Origin: Clostridia bacterium
GTDB lineage: Bacteria; Bacillota; Clostridia; UBA1381; UMGS1253
DNA: 35,183 nt
Direction of reading: 5' to 3'
NCBI GenBank assembly: GCA_045532715.1
Contig: JAZSGM010000163.1
Coordinates: 1-35,183, forward strand
Shown: piece after piece, positions 1-9,800 of the stretch
Layout: every line of letters begins with the position of its first letter
How positions within the stretch are numbered: position 1 is the stretch's first letter
Position numbers and translations under genes: made by a program
Notes under the pieces: model-generated
The model's database searches: none
The model's input: only the letters and a program-made list of their open reading frames with translations
Told to the model about the DNA's origin: nothing

Positions 1-242
1 GACCGCAGGGCGGTGACCAGCAGATTGGCGCGAGAATTGCGTACAATGAAATCGACCTCGTGCTCTTTTTCCGCGATCCTTTAACTGCGCAGCCGCACGA
101 GCCGGATGTTTCTGCGCTGTTCCGACTCTGTGACGTGCATAATATTCCGCTTGCAACCAATGTTGCGACCGCCGAGGTTTTAATCCACGGTGTTGAACGC
201 GGCGACCTTGCATGGAGAGATATTGTAAATCCGAAGGATTGA
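1..242 (+). CDS. mgsA: Methylglyoxal synthase, C-terminal part (5' truncated by window edge)
   Basis: Frame from nt 3 reads [58 protein letters not shown], containing the MgsA motifs GGDQQIG, PHEPDV and NIPLATN. Stop TGA at 240-242. Confidence 0.95.
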   Translation, partial: PQGGDQQIGARIAYNEIDLVLFFRDPLTAQPHEPDVSALFRLCDVHNIPLATNVATAEVLIHGVERGDLAWRDIVNPKD

Positions 243-243
243 T

Positions 244-278
244 AATAAAAAAACACCCCGTCGGGGTGTTTTTTTATT
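244..278. terminator. Bidirectional intrinsic terminator
   Basis: AATAAAAAAACACCCC-GTC-GGGGTGTTTTTTTATT is a perfect inverted repeat with A/T tracts on both sides, between convergent genes. Confidence 0.9.
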
Positions 279-281
279 GTT

Positions 282-1322
282 TTAAATGAACGGCCTTCTG
301 TCGAGTACGAGCTTGAGCGGTCGCTCTGTTTTGAACATACCCGGCAATGCCTGCTGGAGCTCAGCAAGTGCACAAACCGTACCAAACAGCATATGCAAAT
401 CGTTAAACTCGTCATTCGTTTTGTGGTTGATGCTGTTTAAATAAGTGATGTATCCGTCTGCAAATTCAATGAGTGCTTGTTTACACTCTTCGAAACGGTG
501 CGGCGTCTGGCGCATCGAACGTGTGATGGAATAAATCCAGTCCATCTCGATAAAACCAATCATACGACCGAATTTGCCGCTGGGCGTTCCGGTTACTCTG
601 TACATATGCAGGCAGGTATCGATAATTTTATCCGGGTAGCGTACCGGCATATGTGCATGCTCGTGGTTAAAAAAGTAATGGAATCCGCCGCCGATTTGCT
701 TGAAGGGTTCACACTTTTCCGCAAAGCCCTTTTTCCAAAGGCCGGTAATCGGACTTGCGTTTTCCCAGAACCAGTCAAAATACCACTCGGACCATTCTCT
801 GTTTGCCTGACCGGCGTTTGCAAATGCGGCATAAATGCCTGCACCCTGATGCGATTGCGGCCAGGGGTTGGTCCAGTCCAGTCCGTCTAAGAGGGCATAG
901 AGGTTTTCTTTTGTTTTATACTTTTCTAAATCGTAGTACGGATATTTCGGCTTTGCATCAAATAACTCAAGTGCACCTGCGCAGTGCGCCGTGGTGTGAA
1001 TCGGATGGTGCGTAAACTCTGTAAACAGACCGGTTTTTTTGTCCTGTAAGCCCTGCAGAACCTCTACCCAGCTTGCGCGCTCTTCCGGGGCTGACGGAAA
1101 ATAACCGATGGTATACAAAATATTTGCCGCGTCTGCGCAGCCGTATTCGTTGATGCCGAGGTCGCGCACAGCGCCTTCTTCGATATTGTTGCTGCCGGAA
1201 ATGTCCGCCGCAGAGCCGTCCGGCGCCGTTTGCCAGATCCAGCGTGCATACGCGCCCGGCTTGTCAAGACGATGTGAATCCACGGTTTCTTTAATTTTTA
1301 AAATCAGATTGTCAATATACAT
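282..1322 (-). CDS. Conserved hypothetical cytoplasmic protein, paralog B; His-rich, probably alpha/alpha-toroid fold
   Basis: 346-aa ORF with RBS (CAGGAG) upstream and no signal peptide. Colinear and highly similar to the adjacent ORF. LQGLQDKKTGLF and FWENASPITGLW resemble prenyltransferase/terpene-cyclase-type alpha/alpha repeats (fold is inference). Confidence 0.8.
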   Translation of the reverse strand: MYIDNLILKIKETVDSHRLDKPGAYARWIWQTAPDGSAADISGSNNIEEGAVRDLGINEYGCADAANILYTIGYFPSAPEERASWVEVLQGLQDKKTGLFTEFTHHPIHTTAHCAGALELFDAKPKYPYYDLEKYKTKENLYALLDGLDWTNPWPQSHQGAGIYAAFANAGQANREWSEWYFDWFWENASPITGLWKKGFAEKCEPFKQIGGGFHYFFNHEHAHMPVRYPDKIIDTCLHMYRVTGTPSGKFGRMIGFIEMDWIYSITRSMRQTPHRFEECKQALIEFADGYITYLNSINHKTNDEFNDLHMLFGTVCALAELQQALPGMFKTERPLKLVLDRRPFI

Positions 1323-1343
1323 AATAGAATGCTCCTGTCTGTT

Positions 1344-2348
1344 TTAAATAAACGGTCTTCTGTCTAATACGAGCTTGAGCGGCTTTTCGGAAATCAGCAC
1401 GCCCGGCAATGCCTGCTGCAGCTCTGCAAGTGCGCAGACTGTACCGAAGAGGGAGTGCAGGTCGTTGAATCCGTCGTTTTTGGTTTCGTCGACTTTATTT
1501 AAGAATTCTATAAAGGTGTCTGTAAATTCCATTAGTGCTTTTCTGCATTCTTCAAAGCGGTGCGTTGTCTGACGCATCGAGCGTGTAAGGCAGTAAACCC
1601 AGTCAATTTCGATAAAACCGGTTTTGGTGCCGAACTGGATATTGTCGTAGCTTATGGAGTTATCATAGTACATTTCAAGGGTGCTGTCGATGATTTTGTC
1701 CGGGTAGCGCATCGGCATATGCGCGTGCTCGTGGTTGAAGAAATAGTGGAAGCCGCCTGCCATATAGAAAAACATCGGACGGTTAAAGCCACAGCCCTTT
1801 TTCCAGAAGCCGGTTGTTTCGTCGGCGTTTTCCCAGAACCAGTCGAAATACCATTTTTTCCATTCCGGCGTAATCTGACCTGCGTTTGCAAAGGCGGCAT
1901 AAATCCCTGCACCCTGATGCGAATCGCGCCACGGGTTTTCGTTCCAGCCTAAATTGTCGAGCAGATTGTAGAGTGCATCTTTTTCTTTATATATCTCTAA
2001 ATCGTGATACGGATGCTTCGGCTTTGCGTCAAACAGCTCCAATGTAGCACTGCAGTGCGCCGTCGTGTGGATATAGTGGTGTGTTGTTTCAGTAAACAGA
2101 CCGGTTTTTGCGTCCTGCATATTCTGCAGAACCTCTACCCAGCTTTTGCGTTCTTCCGGATCGGAAGGAAATTCACCGATGGTATACAAAATGTTTGCCG
2201 CATCTGCACAGCCGTACTCGTTTAAGCCGAGCTCGCGCGTGCCGGCCTCGTTTTGCCACAGCCAGCGTGTATAGGCACCCGGCTTGTCTAAGCGGTGCGC
2301 ATCTACGGTTTTTCTGATTTTTGTAATGATATTGTCTATGTTATACAT
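1344..2348 (-). CDS. Conserved hypothetical cytoplasmic protein, paralog A; His-rich, probably alpha/alpha-toroid fold
   Basis: Start moved from 2399 to ATG 2348 (MYNIDNII): it follows a GAAAGAGGG RBS and matches the paralog N-terminus MYIDNLI. Shares YGCADAANILYTIG, HTTAHC, SHQGAGIYAA, GGFHYFFNHEHAHMP and PLKLVLDRRPFI with paralog B. Confidence 0.8.
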   Translation of the reverse strand: MYNIDNIITKIRKTVDAHRLDKPGAYTRWLWQNEAGTRELGLNEYGCADAANILYTIGEFPSDPEERKSWVEVLQNMQDAKTGLFTETTHHYIHTTAHCSATLELFDAKPKHPYHDLEIYKEKDALYNLLDNLGWNENPWRDSHQGAGIYAAFANAGQITPEWKKWYFDWFWENADETTGFWKKGCGFNRPMFFYMAGGFHYFFNHEHAHMPMRYPDKIIDSTLEMYYDNSISYDNIQFGTKTGFIEIDWVYCLTRSMRQTTHRFEECRKALMEFTDTFIEFLNKVDETKNDGFNDLHSLFGTVCALAELQQALPGVLISEKPLKLVLDRRPFI

Positions 2349-2370
2349 AAAAGCACCCTCTTTCTGTAGT

Positions 2371-2399
2371 ATCATACCATATTCAGCTTTGTTTGGCAA
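2371..2399 (-). promoter_or_regulatory. Sigma-A-type promoter for the two-gene hypothetical operon
   Basis: Minus strand TTGCCA (2399-2394), 17 nt spacer, TATGAT (2376-2371), with extended -10 TG. Confidence 0.6.
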
Positions 2400-2448
2400 G
2401 GGGGAGCTGGCTTATACAAAACATACATATTTTAGGTCAATATTTGTT

Positions 2449-2477
2449 TAGACAGTATAAGCCTGGTATGTTACAAT
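2449..2477 (+). promoter_or_regulatory. Sigma-A-type promoter for lyase 1
   Basis: TAGACA (2449-2454), 17 nt, TACAAT (2472-2477), with TG extension. AAGGGAGG RBS precedes ATG 2512. Confidence 0.55.
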
Positions 2478-2511
2478 TGAATTACAGAAGATGCTTTAAG
2501 GAGGTCTTACA

Positions 2512-5500
2512 ATGAAAAAAGGAATCAGTTTGTTTTTGGCGACAATCATGCTTTTAACGCTTTTTGTGCCGGTAAGCTACGGCGCGGAAGCCAAAGAAGA
2601 TGCGCTTACTGTGATTTTGGCAGATGATTTTGAAACGCATGATACGGGAAAAGCACCGCCATACACACCTGGCGGCTGGAGCAGCGGCGCGATTAAAAAT
2701 GCACCGCGCGCATATGTTGAGTTGGATACAGATGGCAAAAATAAGGTGCTTAAGGCGTACCACGGAGATCCGACAGGCGAGCCGGGCACACGCACGCCGC
2801 GTATTGAAAAGCTGGTGCAGACCGCTGACCTTACGAAGTTTACGCTCGAATATGATATCAAGTCTTCTATGGGTGAGAGCACAATGGGCTTAGGCCTTGT
2901 GCATCCGACGGAAAACAAAAGCATTGTGAACATCAAACCCTCCTATGCTTATCCGGAGTGGACGCGTATGCGCGTTGAGTTTGATGTGGAAAAGGGCGAA
3001 GGTGCGGTATATGTCGGACGTAAAATGGAGAAAGAGTTTTCCTTTGATTTGTCCGAATATGAGCAGTTCAGAGTTCGCATTAACTTTTCGGTAAGTTCAG
3101 AGGATAACAGTTGGGTGATGATTGATAATGTTATGCTCACAACGCCGGATGAAATCAAGGGCGGCATCATCGGCCTGGACGGTGAAAGCGTAAACTGGGA
3201 TCAGGTGAAGCTGAAGGAAGAAGAAAAGACGGGTATGCTCGAGGTAATGCGCAAGAGTCACCCGCGTCTGTATACTACGGATTGGGCGCTTTTAAATAAG
3301 AAAGCAGAAACGGATGATGTTTGCAAACTCTGGCGTGACAACATTATTGCTGCCGGTGAAGCGCGCATCGGTACAACGCCGACCAAGTATTTCAGAAACA
3401 GCAGAAACAATTTAAATGACTGTTCATCGTCTTTCCGTGGCGCGACCATTCCGCTTGCAGCAGCGTATGCCCTGACAAAGGATAAGCGCTATAAGGACAG
3501 ACTTTACGAAGAATTAGAGTACGTCGGCAACTGGCCGGACTGGGGCGCAGATGCGTATCTTTGTACGGCACATAACATTTTAACCTTTGCGGTTTGTTAT
3601 GACTGGCTGTATAATGACTGGACAGAGGAAGAAAGAGAAAATATTCTCGGTTGGCTGATGGAAAAGGGTATCCGCGAAGCGGTGCTCGGTTATGAGGGGC
3701 ATGCGAAGGGGACGGTATGGCCGAATTCCAAATCCAACTGGAACAATGTATGTAACGGCTCGAATCTGGTTGCGGCAATTGCAATTGCAGATGAATATCC
3801 GGATGTAGCGGACTACATTTTACATCATGCGGCAGAGAGCTTGCCGAAGTGCTTCCACGAGGTGTCTGCAGACGGAGCGTATGCCGAGCCAATCAACTAC
3901 TGGGACTATGGTATGCGTTATCAGGTTAAGGCAATGGCGGCGCTCGACAGTGCTTTATTAGACGGAAAAACCTTGCCGGAGTGCCTCGACTTTTCGGACG
4001 AAACCGGCTTTGACAATTCGGGTGACTTCCCGATTTACTACAATGGTATTACGGCGGCATTTAACTATGGTGATGCTGACCCGGGTATGATTGTTTCGCC
4101 GATTATGTATTACTTTGCGAATAAATATAACAAGCCGCAGTATGCATGGTACAACCAATATATGTATGAAAATAGTCCGTATGTATCGCACGAATCGGGC
4201 AAGGAAGCGGTTTGGTCGCTTTTGTGGTACGATCCGGACAACGCGAGTTTGCCGGAGGAGGGCTTTGCACTCGATAAATACTATCAGTCCAAAGAATCTC
4301 TCGGCGTAAACGGCATCTCGATGCGCTCGTCATGGACGGACCAGGATGCGCTTTACATTGCAATGCGTGCAGGTGACCAAAAAGCGTCGCACTCTTCGCT
4401 GGATGCGGGCGGTTTCGTTCTTGACTGGGCAGGAAAGCGATTTGTGCATATGTACGGCAGACGCGTAGCGGGGCAGGCGTCTGTTTACGGCTGGCCGAAC
4501 TACCATACGAAAAAGGCGAGCGGACACTATTCGTACTACCATTGCCGTGCAGAGGCAAATAACACGATTATCGCAAATCCGGTGCAGGACGGCGCCGATA
4601 TGAACATCACCTATTTTGCAGAGCTGCTTGAAGGCAAGAGCTCGGCAAATACAGCGTACGGCATCATCAATATGACTGATACAAATGCAGATTTCGAGGA
4701 TGCAAAGCGCGGTCTGATGATGACGGACAACCGCGAGGTTGTTATTATTCAGGATGAAATCAAGGCAAACAAGCCGTCGGAATTTTATTGGTTTGCAAAT
4801 ACGAAGGCGGATATTACAATTGCAGAGGACGGCAAAAGTGTGCTTCTCGATATGGACGGCGATAAGATGCTCGTGCGTATTACGCAGGGTCCGGCGGATG
4901 CAAAGCTTGGCGTTATGATGTCGCAACCGCTGCCGACTTCTCCGAATCCGTCGATTCAGCCAATGCTCGATGAACAGAAGCTCTATATTCACATGGAAGA
5001 CGTGAAGGACTTGAAGCTGACTGTGGAATTTGTTCCGCTGAAGGCGGGCGAAGCAATTCCGGCGCCGCAGCCGGTTAAGCCGCTTTCCGATTGGAGCGTA
5101 GATGAAAACGATGAAATGCTGACGAGTCAGAAGCTCGGCGATGTGGTTGCACTCAAAGTAGATAACCCGAATGCGTATGCAAAGGGTGCAAAGACCTATG
5201 TAGACACAACCAATTTAGAGATTGCACCGATTGTGCAAAACGGCAGAACACTTGTGCCGGTGCGCTTTATTGCAGAAAACTTCGGCGCAAAGGTCGGTTG
5301 GGACGATGCAACCCAGACGGTTTCTTTAAAGACACTTGGCAAGGAAATTACATTGCAAATCGGCAGCAACCTTATGATGGTCGGCGACAGCCAGGTAACT
5401 CTGGATGTGCCGGCGCAGACCGTTGGCGGCAGAACGCTCATTCCGCTGCGTGCGCTTGTTGAGGCACTCGGCAAAGAGGTGCTTTGGGACGACAGAGGTC

Positions 5501-6552
5501 TTATCGTTATCGGTAAGGATGTCCTTGGAATGGACAAAGATACCATCGACAAAACGGTAGCGCTTTTGGATACACGTATTCAGTATGGCGATAAGGAGCT
5601 TACATTCTTTGACAGTGAAGTTTACGAATACGACATTGCACTTGCGAAGGGCGAAAGCGTACCGGAGGTGCGCGTGCTCTCGGACAGCGAAAGCAGCATA
5701 GTGCAGGGGAATCCTGCGGTTGTAACCGTGGGCGGTAAGAGCTACACACTGCGCTTTGCGGAAAATCCGTTTGACGGTCTTTTGGGCACGGGCTCGGAAG
5801 GTATTCTGAGTACCCTCAAGCTTACGATTGAGGGTGTGACAACGGATGCTGGCTATCAGACCTATCTCGATGTAGCGGATGTTACATCTTCGATTGAATG
5901 GGATGAAAAGTATCAGCCGAGCGGCACGATTGACGGTGTTATCAGTGATGATACCGCAAACCGCTGGTCGGCAGACGGTATGGGCAACTGGATTTGCTAC
6001 GACCTCGGCAGTGTGAAGAATATAAATTCCATTGCAATTGCAGGTTATAAGGCAGAGCAGCGTGCTTACACCTTCGCAGTTGAAATCTCCGCTGACGGTA
6101 CAAATTGGGAAAAGGTGACGGATGCGCAGACCAATGCCGGTAAGCAGGTCGATGTATTTGCGCTCGGTGATAAGCGTGCACGCTATATCAAATTAACCGG
6201 TACACGCGTATCGACCGGTACATGGCTCGGTATCAACGAGGTGCGCATTTATGAGAGCGCGAAGATGATGGAAGACGACCAGTCGCTTTGGAATCTGAAT
6301 TTTAATAAAGAAGGTATCAGCGGCAAGGTCGGAAGCAGCGTAAAGCTCGCTGTTCTGGGCGCGGATAAAAACGGTGCAGCGCTTGCGGTAAATGTGGCAG
6401 ATGTTACATTCGGCAGTATGGATGAAAGCATTGCCACTGTAGATGCTGCGGGCAATGTAAAGCTGGTCGGTGCAGGTGAAACAAGCATTTATGCAGAAGT
6501 CAGTGTCATCGGCATGAAAAAGCGTGCTACCATTACGGTAACGGTACAATAA
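2512..6552 (+). CDS. Secreted multi-domain heparinase II/III-superfamily polysaccharide lyase-like protein, paralog 1
   Basis: Sec signal peptide; jelly-roll module (DDFE...IDNV); catalytic module with HPRL, NWNNVCNG, DGAYAEPINYWDYG, FNYGD, HSSLDAGGFVLD; copper-amine-oxidase-N-type module (PIVQNGRTLVPVRFIAE...GRTLIPLRALVEALG); discoidin/CBM32 (RWSA..WICYDLG...INEVRIY); Ig-like Big_2 tail (SIATVDAAGNVKLVGAG). Confidence 0.85.
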   Translation: MKKGISLFLATIMLLTLFVPVSYGAEAKEDALTVILADDFETHDTGKAPPYTPGGWSSGAIKNAPRAYVELDTDGKNKVLKAYHGDPTGEPGTRTPRIEKLVQTADLTKFTLEYDIKSSMGESTMGLGLVHPTENKSIVNIKPSYAYPEWTRMRVEFDVEKGEGAVYVGRKMEKEFSFDLSEYEQFRVRINFSVSSEDNSWVMIDNVMLTTPDEIKGGIIGLDGESVNWDQVKLKEEEKTGMLEVMRKSHPRLYTTDWALLNKKAETDDVCKLWRDNIIAAGEARIGTTPTKYFRNSRNNLNDCSSSFRGATIPLAAAYALTKDKRYKDRLYEELEYVGNWPDWGADAYLCTAHNILTFAVCYDWLYNDWTEEERENILGWLMEKGIREAVLGYEGHAKGTVWPNSKSNWNNVCNGSNLVAAIAIADEYPDVADYILHHAAESLPKCFHEVSADGAYAEPINYWDYGMRYQVKAMAALDSALLDGKTLPECLDFSDETGFDNSGDFPIYYNGITAAFNYGDADPGMIVSPIMYYFANKYNKPQYAWYNQYMYENSPYVSHESGKEAVWSLLWYDPDNASLPEEGFALDKYYQSKESLGVNGISMRSSWTDQDALYIAMRAGDQKASHSSLDAGGFVLDWAGKRFVHMYGRRVAGQASVYGWPNYHTKKASGHYSYYHCRAEANNTIIANPVQDGADMNITYFAELLEGKSSANTAYGIINMTDTNADFEDAKRGLMMTDNREVVIIQDEIKANKPSEFYWFANTKADITIAEDGKSVLLDMDGDKMLVRITQGPADAKLGVMMSQPLPTSPNPSIQPMLDEQKLYIHMEDVKDLKLTVEFVPLKAGEAIPAPQPVKPLSDWSVDENDEMLTSQKLGDVVALKVDNPNAYAKGAKTYVDTTNLEIAPIVQNGRTLVPVRFIAENFGAKVGWDDATQTVSLKTLGKEITLQIGSNLMMVGDSQVTLDVPAQTVGGRTLIPLRALVEALGKEVLWDDRGLIVIGKDVLGMDKDTIDKTVALLDTRIQYGDKELTFFDSEVYEYDIALAKGESVPEVRVLSDSESSIVQGNPAVVTVGGKSYTLRFAENPFDGLLGTGSEGILSTLKLTIEGVTTDAGYQTYLDVADVTSSIEWDEKYQPSGTIDGVISDDTANRWSADGMGNWICYDLGSVKNINSIAIAGYKAEQRAYTFAVEISADGTNWEKVTDAQTNAGKQVDVFALGDKRARYIKLTGTRVSTGTWLGINEVRIYESAKMMEDDQSLWNLNFNKEGISGKVGSSVKLAVLGADKNGAALAVNVADVTFGSMDESIATVDAAGNVKLVGAGETSIYAEVSVIGMKKRATITVTVQ

Positions 6553-6570
6553 AACGAAAAAACAATAACG

Positions 6571-6604
6571 GGGGCAGGCGCCGGTTTTTGGCACCTGCCT
6601 TTTC
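6571..6604 (+). terminator. Intrinsic terminator after lyase 1
   Basis: GGCAGGCGCC...GGCACCTGCC stem (one mismatch) followed by TTTT. Confidence 0.65.
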
Positions 6605-6605
6605 G

Positions 6606-6764
6606 CACTTTTGTCCATAAAAACGCATCATTTTCCATTGTAATTGTGTTCGGAAACTGTTATATTGATATTGAGCGTATAAAAAAGAACGCGTTTTTGG
6701 CAAAAAAAGGCCCTAAAGAAGGCAAAAACGGTTCTTTTGTTTTGCGGAGCAGGTATGCTATAAT
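6606..6764 (+). promoter_or_regulatory. Tandem promoters with upstream direct repeats for lyase 2
   Basis: P1: TCCAT repeats 20 bp apart (6614, 6634) abutting TTGTAA-17-TATATT (6638-6666). P2: extended -10 TGCTATAAT (6756-6764), preceded by GGCAAAAA repeats 22 bp apart (6699, 6721). Confidence 0.45.
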
Positions 6765-6802
6765 TAAATTATAATTGTAATATAAACAAGGAGTGTGACA
6801 GT

Positions 6803-9800
6803 ATGAAAATAAGATATGTGCGAATTCTCGGTATGGTGCTTGCACTGGTGATGGTGCTTTCAATGCTGCCGATGCAGGCATTTGCCATCAAGGTGGTCTT
6901 AAAGGATCTGGACAAGCCGGAATTGACCGAAGACAAGCTCGTGATTATGCGCGAGGACTTTGAAAAAGGTACGGTTGGCAAGAACATCACCACGGGCGGT
7001 ATGGGCTTTACGACCGGTGCTTACGGCGTGCAGGCGGCAATGAATATTACCGAGGAGGAAGGCGGCAATAAGTATTTAAAGGCTTATCACGGCGACCCTT
7101 CCGAGGATAAAACCCGTAACCCGCGCGTGGAAAGATACATTCCGACGGCGGGACTTACGCAATTTACGGTGGATTTTGATGTTATGTCGTCTATGGACGA
7201 AACGAATATGAGTGTCAGCATCATGAAGGCAAAGACCAACGAAAGTCTTGCGCCTTTAAAGACGCCGTACAAATTTGATAAGTGGACACACATTAAGATT
7301 GTTTGCGAGATTGAAAATCAGGAGGCTACGGCAACTGTATATGCAGATGGCAAGGAGGATAGCGTACATAGCTTCTCTATTGCGGGCATTGACAATATCG
7401 GTATCCGCTTTGCCAGCATTGTACAGCCGGATTCGAGCTGGGCGGCGATTGACAATGTGCTGATTACAACGACGAATCTGGATTTGGGTGGTATCGTCGG
7501 CTTGGATGGCGTGACCGTAAACTGGAATAAGCTGCCGGAATCTGATGTGCCGTCTACGGGCTTTTTGGATGTAATGAACCAACAGCATCCGCGCATTTAT
7601 GTCACCGATTGGGATGTAATCAAGCAAAAGATTGCGACGGACGAAAACTGCAAGGCTTGGTACGATCAGATTATCCGCCACGCGGACGCGCAGGTCGGTA
7701 CGCCGACGGTGGAATATTACAGAAATGCGCGTAACACCGTAAACGATGCGACAACGAATTTTAAGCGTTATATCATTCCGGTTGCGGCGGCATATTGCTT
7801 AACCGGGGAACAGAAATACTTAGATAAGGTATATCAGGACCTTGTAACGGCAGGTACATGGCCGGATTGGGGTCATGATGCTTACCTTTGTACGGCACAT
7901 ATGATGTTTGCCTACGGCGTGTGCTATGACTGGCTGTACAATGCTTTTACACCGCAGCAGCGTGAAAAGGTCATCGAAGCATGGATGAAGAACGGCTTTA
8001 CTGCGGCGGTGCAGGCATATGAAGGCTACGGCGTCGGCACGGGCTGGATTAACGCATCCAATAACTGGGGTATGGTTTGCCACGGCTCGAATATGGTTGC
8101 GGCAATTGCGATTGCAAACGACAAGCCGGAGCTTGCAAACTATATCTTAGCGCAGGGCGCAATGCGTATCCCGAAAACCTTTGATGAAATTTCGGCAGAC
8201 GGCGGCTATGCAGAAACGCTTGGCTACTGGGATTACGGTGTACGCCATCTCGTAAAGATTATGGCGGCGCTCGATTCTTCGGTTTTGCCGGGCAAGAGCA
8301 TCCCGAGTGTACTTGATTTCAAGGGTGTAACGGGCCTCAACAATTCCGGTGATTTTCCGATTTACTACAACGGTACAACCGGTGCATTTAACTTCGGTGA
8401 CGGTACGCTGGAAATTCAGCACACACCGATTATGTATTATCTGTCTACAAAGTACAACAAGCCGGAATACACATGGTATAACCTGGATATCACAACCCAT
8501 CCGAAGGCAAACTCGATTTCTGCGCAGGGGGCAGTACTTGCGCTGATGTGGTTTGACCCGAGCATGAACAAAGCGCCGGAGGCAGGCTTTAAGTTAGATA
8601 AATTCTATTCCTCGACGGAAAAGTACGGTACAAACGGTATTTCGATGCGTTCGTCGTTTGAGGACCCGGATGCGCTCTTTATCGCAGCGCACGCAGGTGA
8701 CGAAACCATGTCGCACTCCAACCTTGATGCCGGCGGTTTTGTGCTGGATTGGGCGGGTAAGCGCTGGGTATATATGTACGGCAGAAATACCCGCGGTATC
8801 ACGGATTGCTACGGCTGGCCGAATTACAATACAAAAACGGAAGAGGGCAGATATCAGTATTACATTACCCGTGGTGAAGCGAACAACACCTTCATTATTA
8901 ACCCTAAGCCGGGCAAGCCGGATATGTACTATCAGTATTTTTCCGAGGTTTCCAAGTATGAAGCCGGTGTGAATACTTCTTACGGCGTTATCAATATGAC
9001 ACCGACAAATGAGGATTACGAAGCTGCACAGCGTGGTATTATGCTCACAGGTAACCGCGATGTTGTTGTGGTGCAGGATGAAATTAAGGCAAAGGCACCC
9101 TCTGAGATTTACTGGTTTGTAAATACAGATGCTGAAATTACCATTGCAGAGGACGGCAAAAGTGCCCTTTGGGAAATGGAGGGCGATCGGATGCTTGTCC
9201 GTATTACCTCCGGCCCTGCAGATGCAAAGTTTGGCATTATGCCGACAGCGCCGCTGCCGACGAGCCCGGACCCGGACATTCAGCCGGATTTGGAAGGTCA
9301 TAAGATGTTCATTCATATGACCAATGTGACAGAAACGACTTTGACGGTGGAATATGTGCCGCTGAAGGAAGGCGAGGGGATCCCGGCGCCGCTGCCGGTG
9401 AAGGCAATTGCTGACTGGACAGTCGACAACGGCGCAGAAAAGACAACGAGTCAGAGCTTGAGCGGCGTAGTTGCGCTGAAGGTGGATAACCCGAACGCTT
9501 ACGCGAAGGGCGCAAAGACTTACGTAGATACTGCAAATCTTGACATCAAGCCGATTGTACAGAACGGCAGAACGCTTGTGCCGGTGCGCTTTATCTCCGA
9601 AAAGTTCGGCGCAAGTGTCGGTTGGGATGATATAACGCAGACCGTAACCGTAAAGACAAAGACACTGAATATCTCTTTGCAGATTGGTTCGACGCAGATG
9701 CTGGTCAACGGCGAAGCGGTAACGCTCGATGTACCGGCACAGACCATTGGCGGCAGAACACTGATTCCGCTGCGTGCGCTTGTAGAAGCACTCGGTAAGC

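Noticed and set aside
1-242. mgsA as part of the glycan system
   Set aside because: It is convergent to the cluster and separated by a bidirectional terminator, so it is most simply a flanking housekeeping gene.
5143-5520. Copper amine oxidase enzyme call
   Set aside because: Only the small N-terminal-type module is present and there is no amine oxidase catalytic domain.
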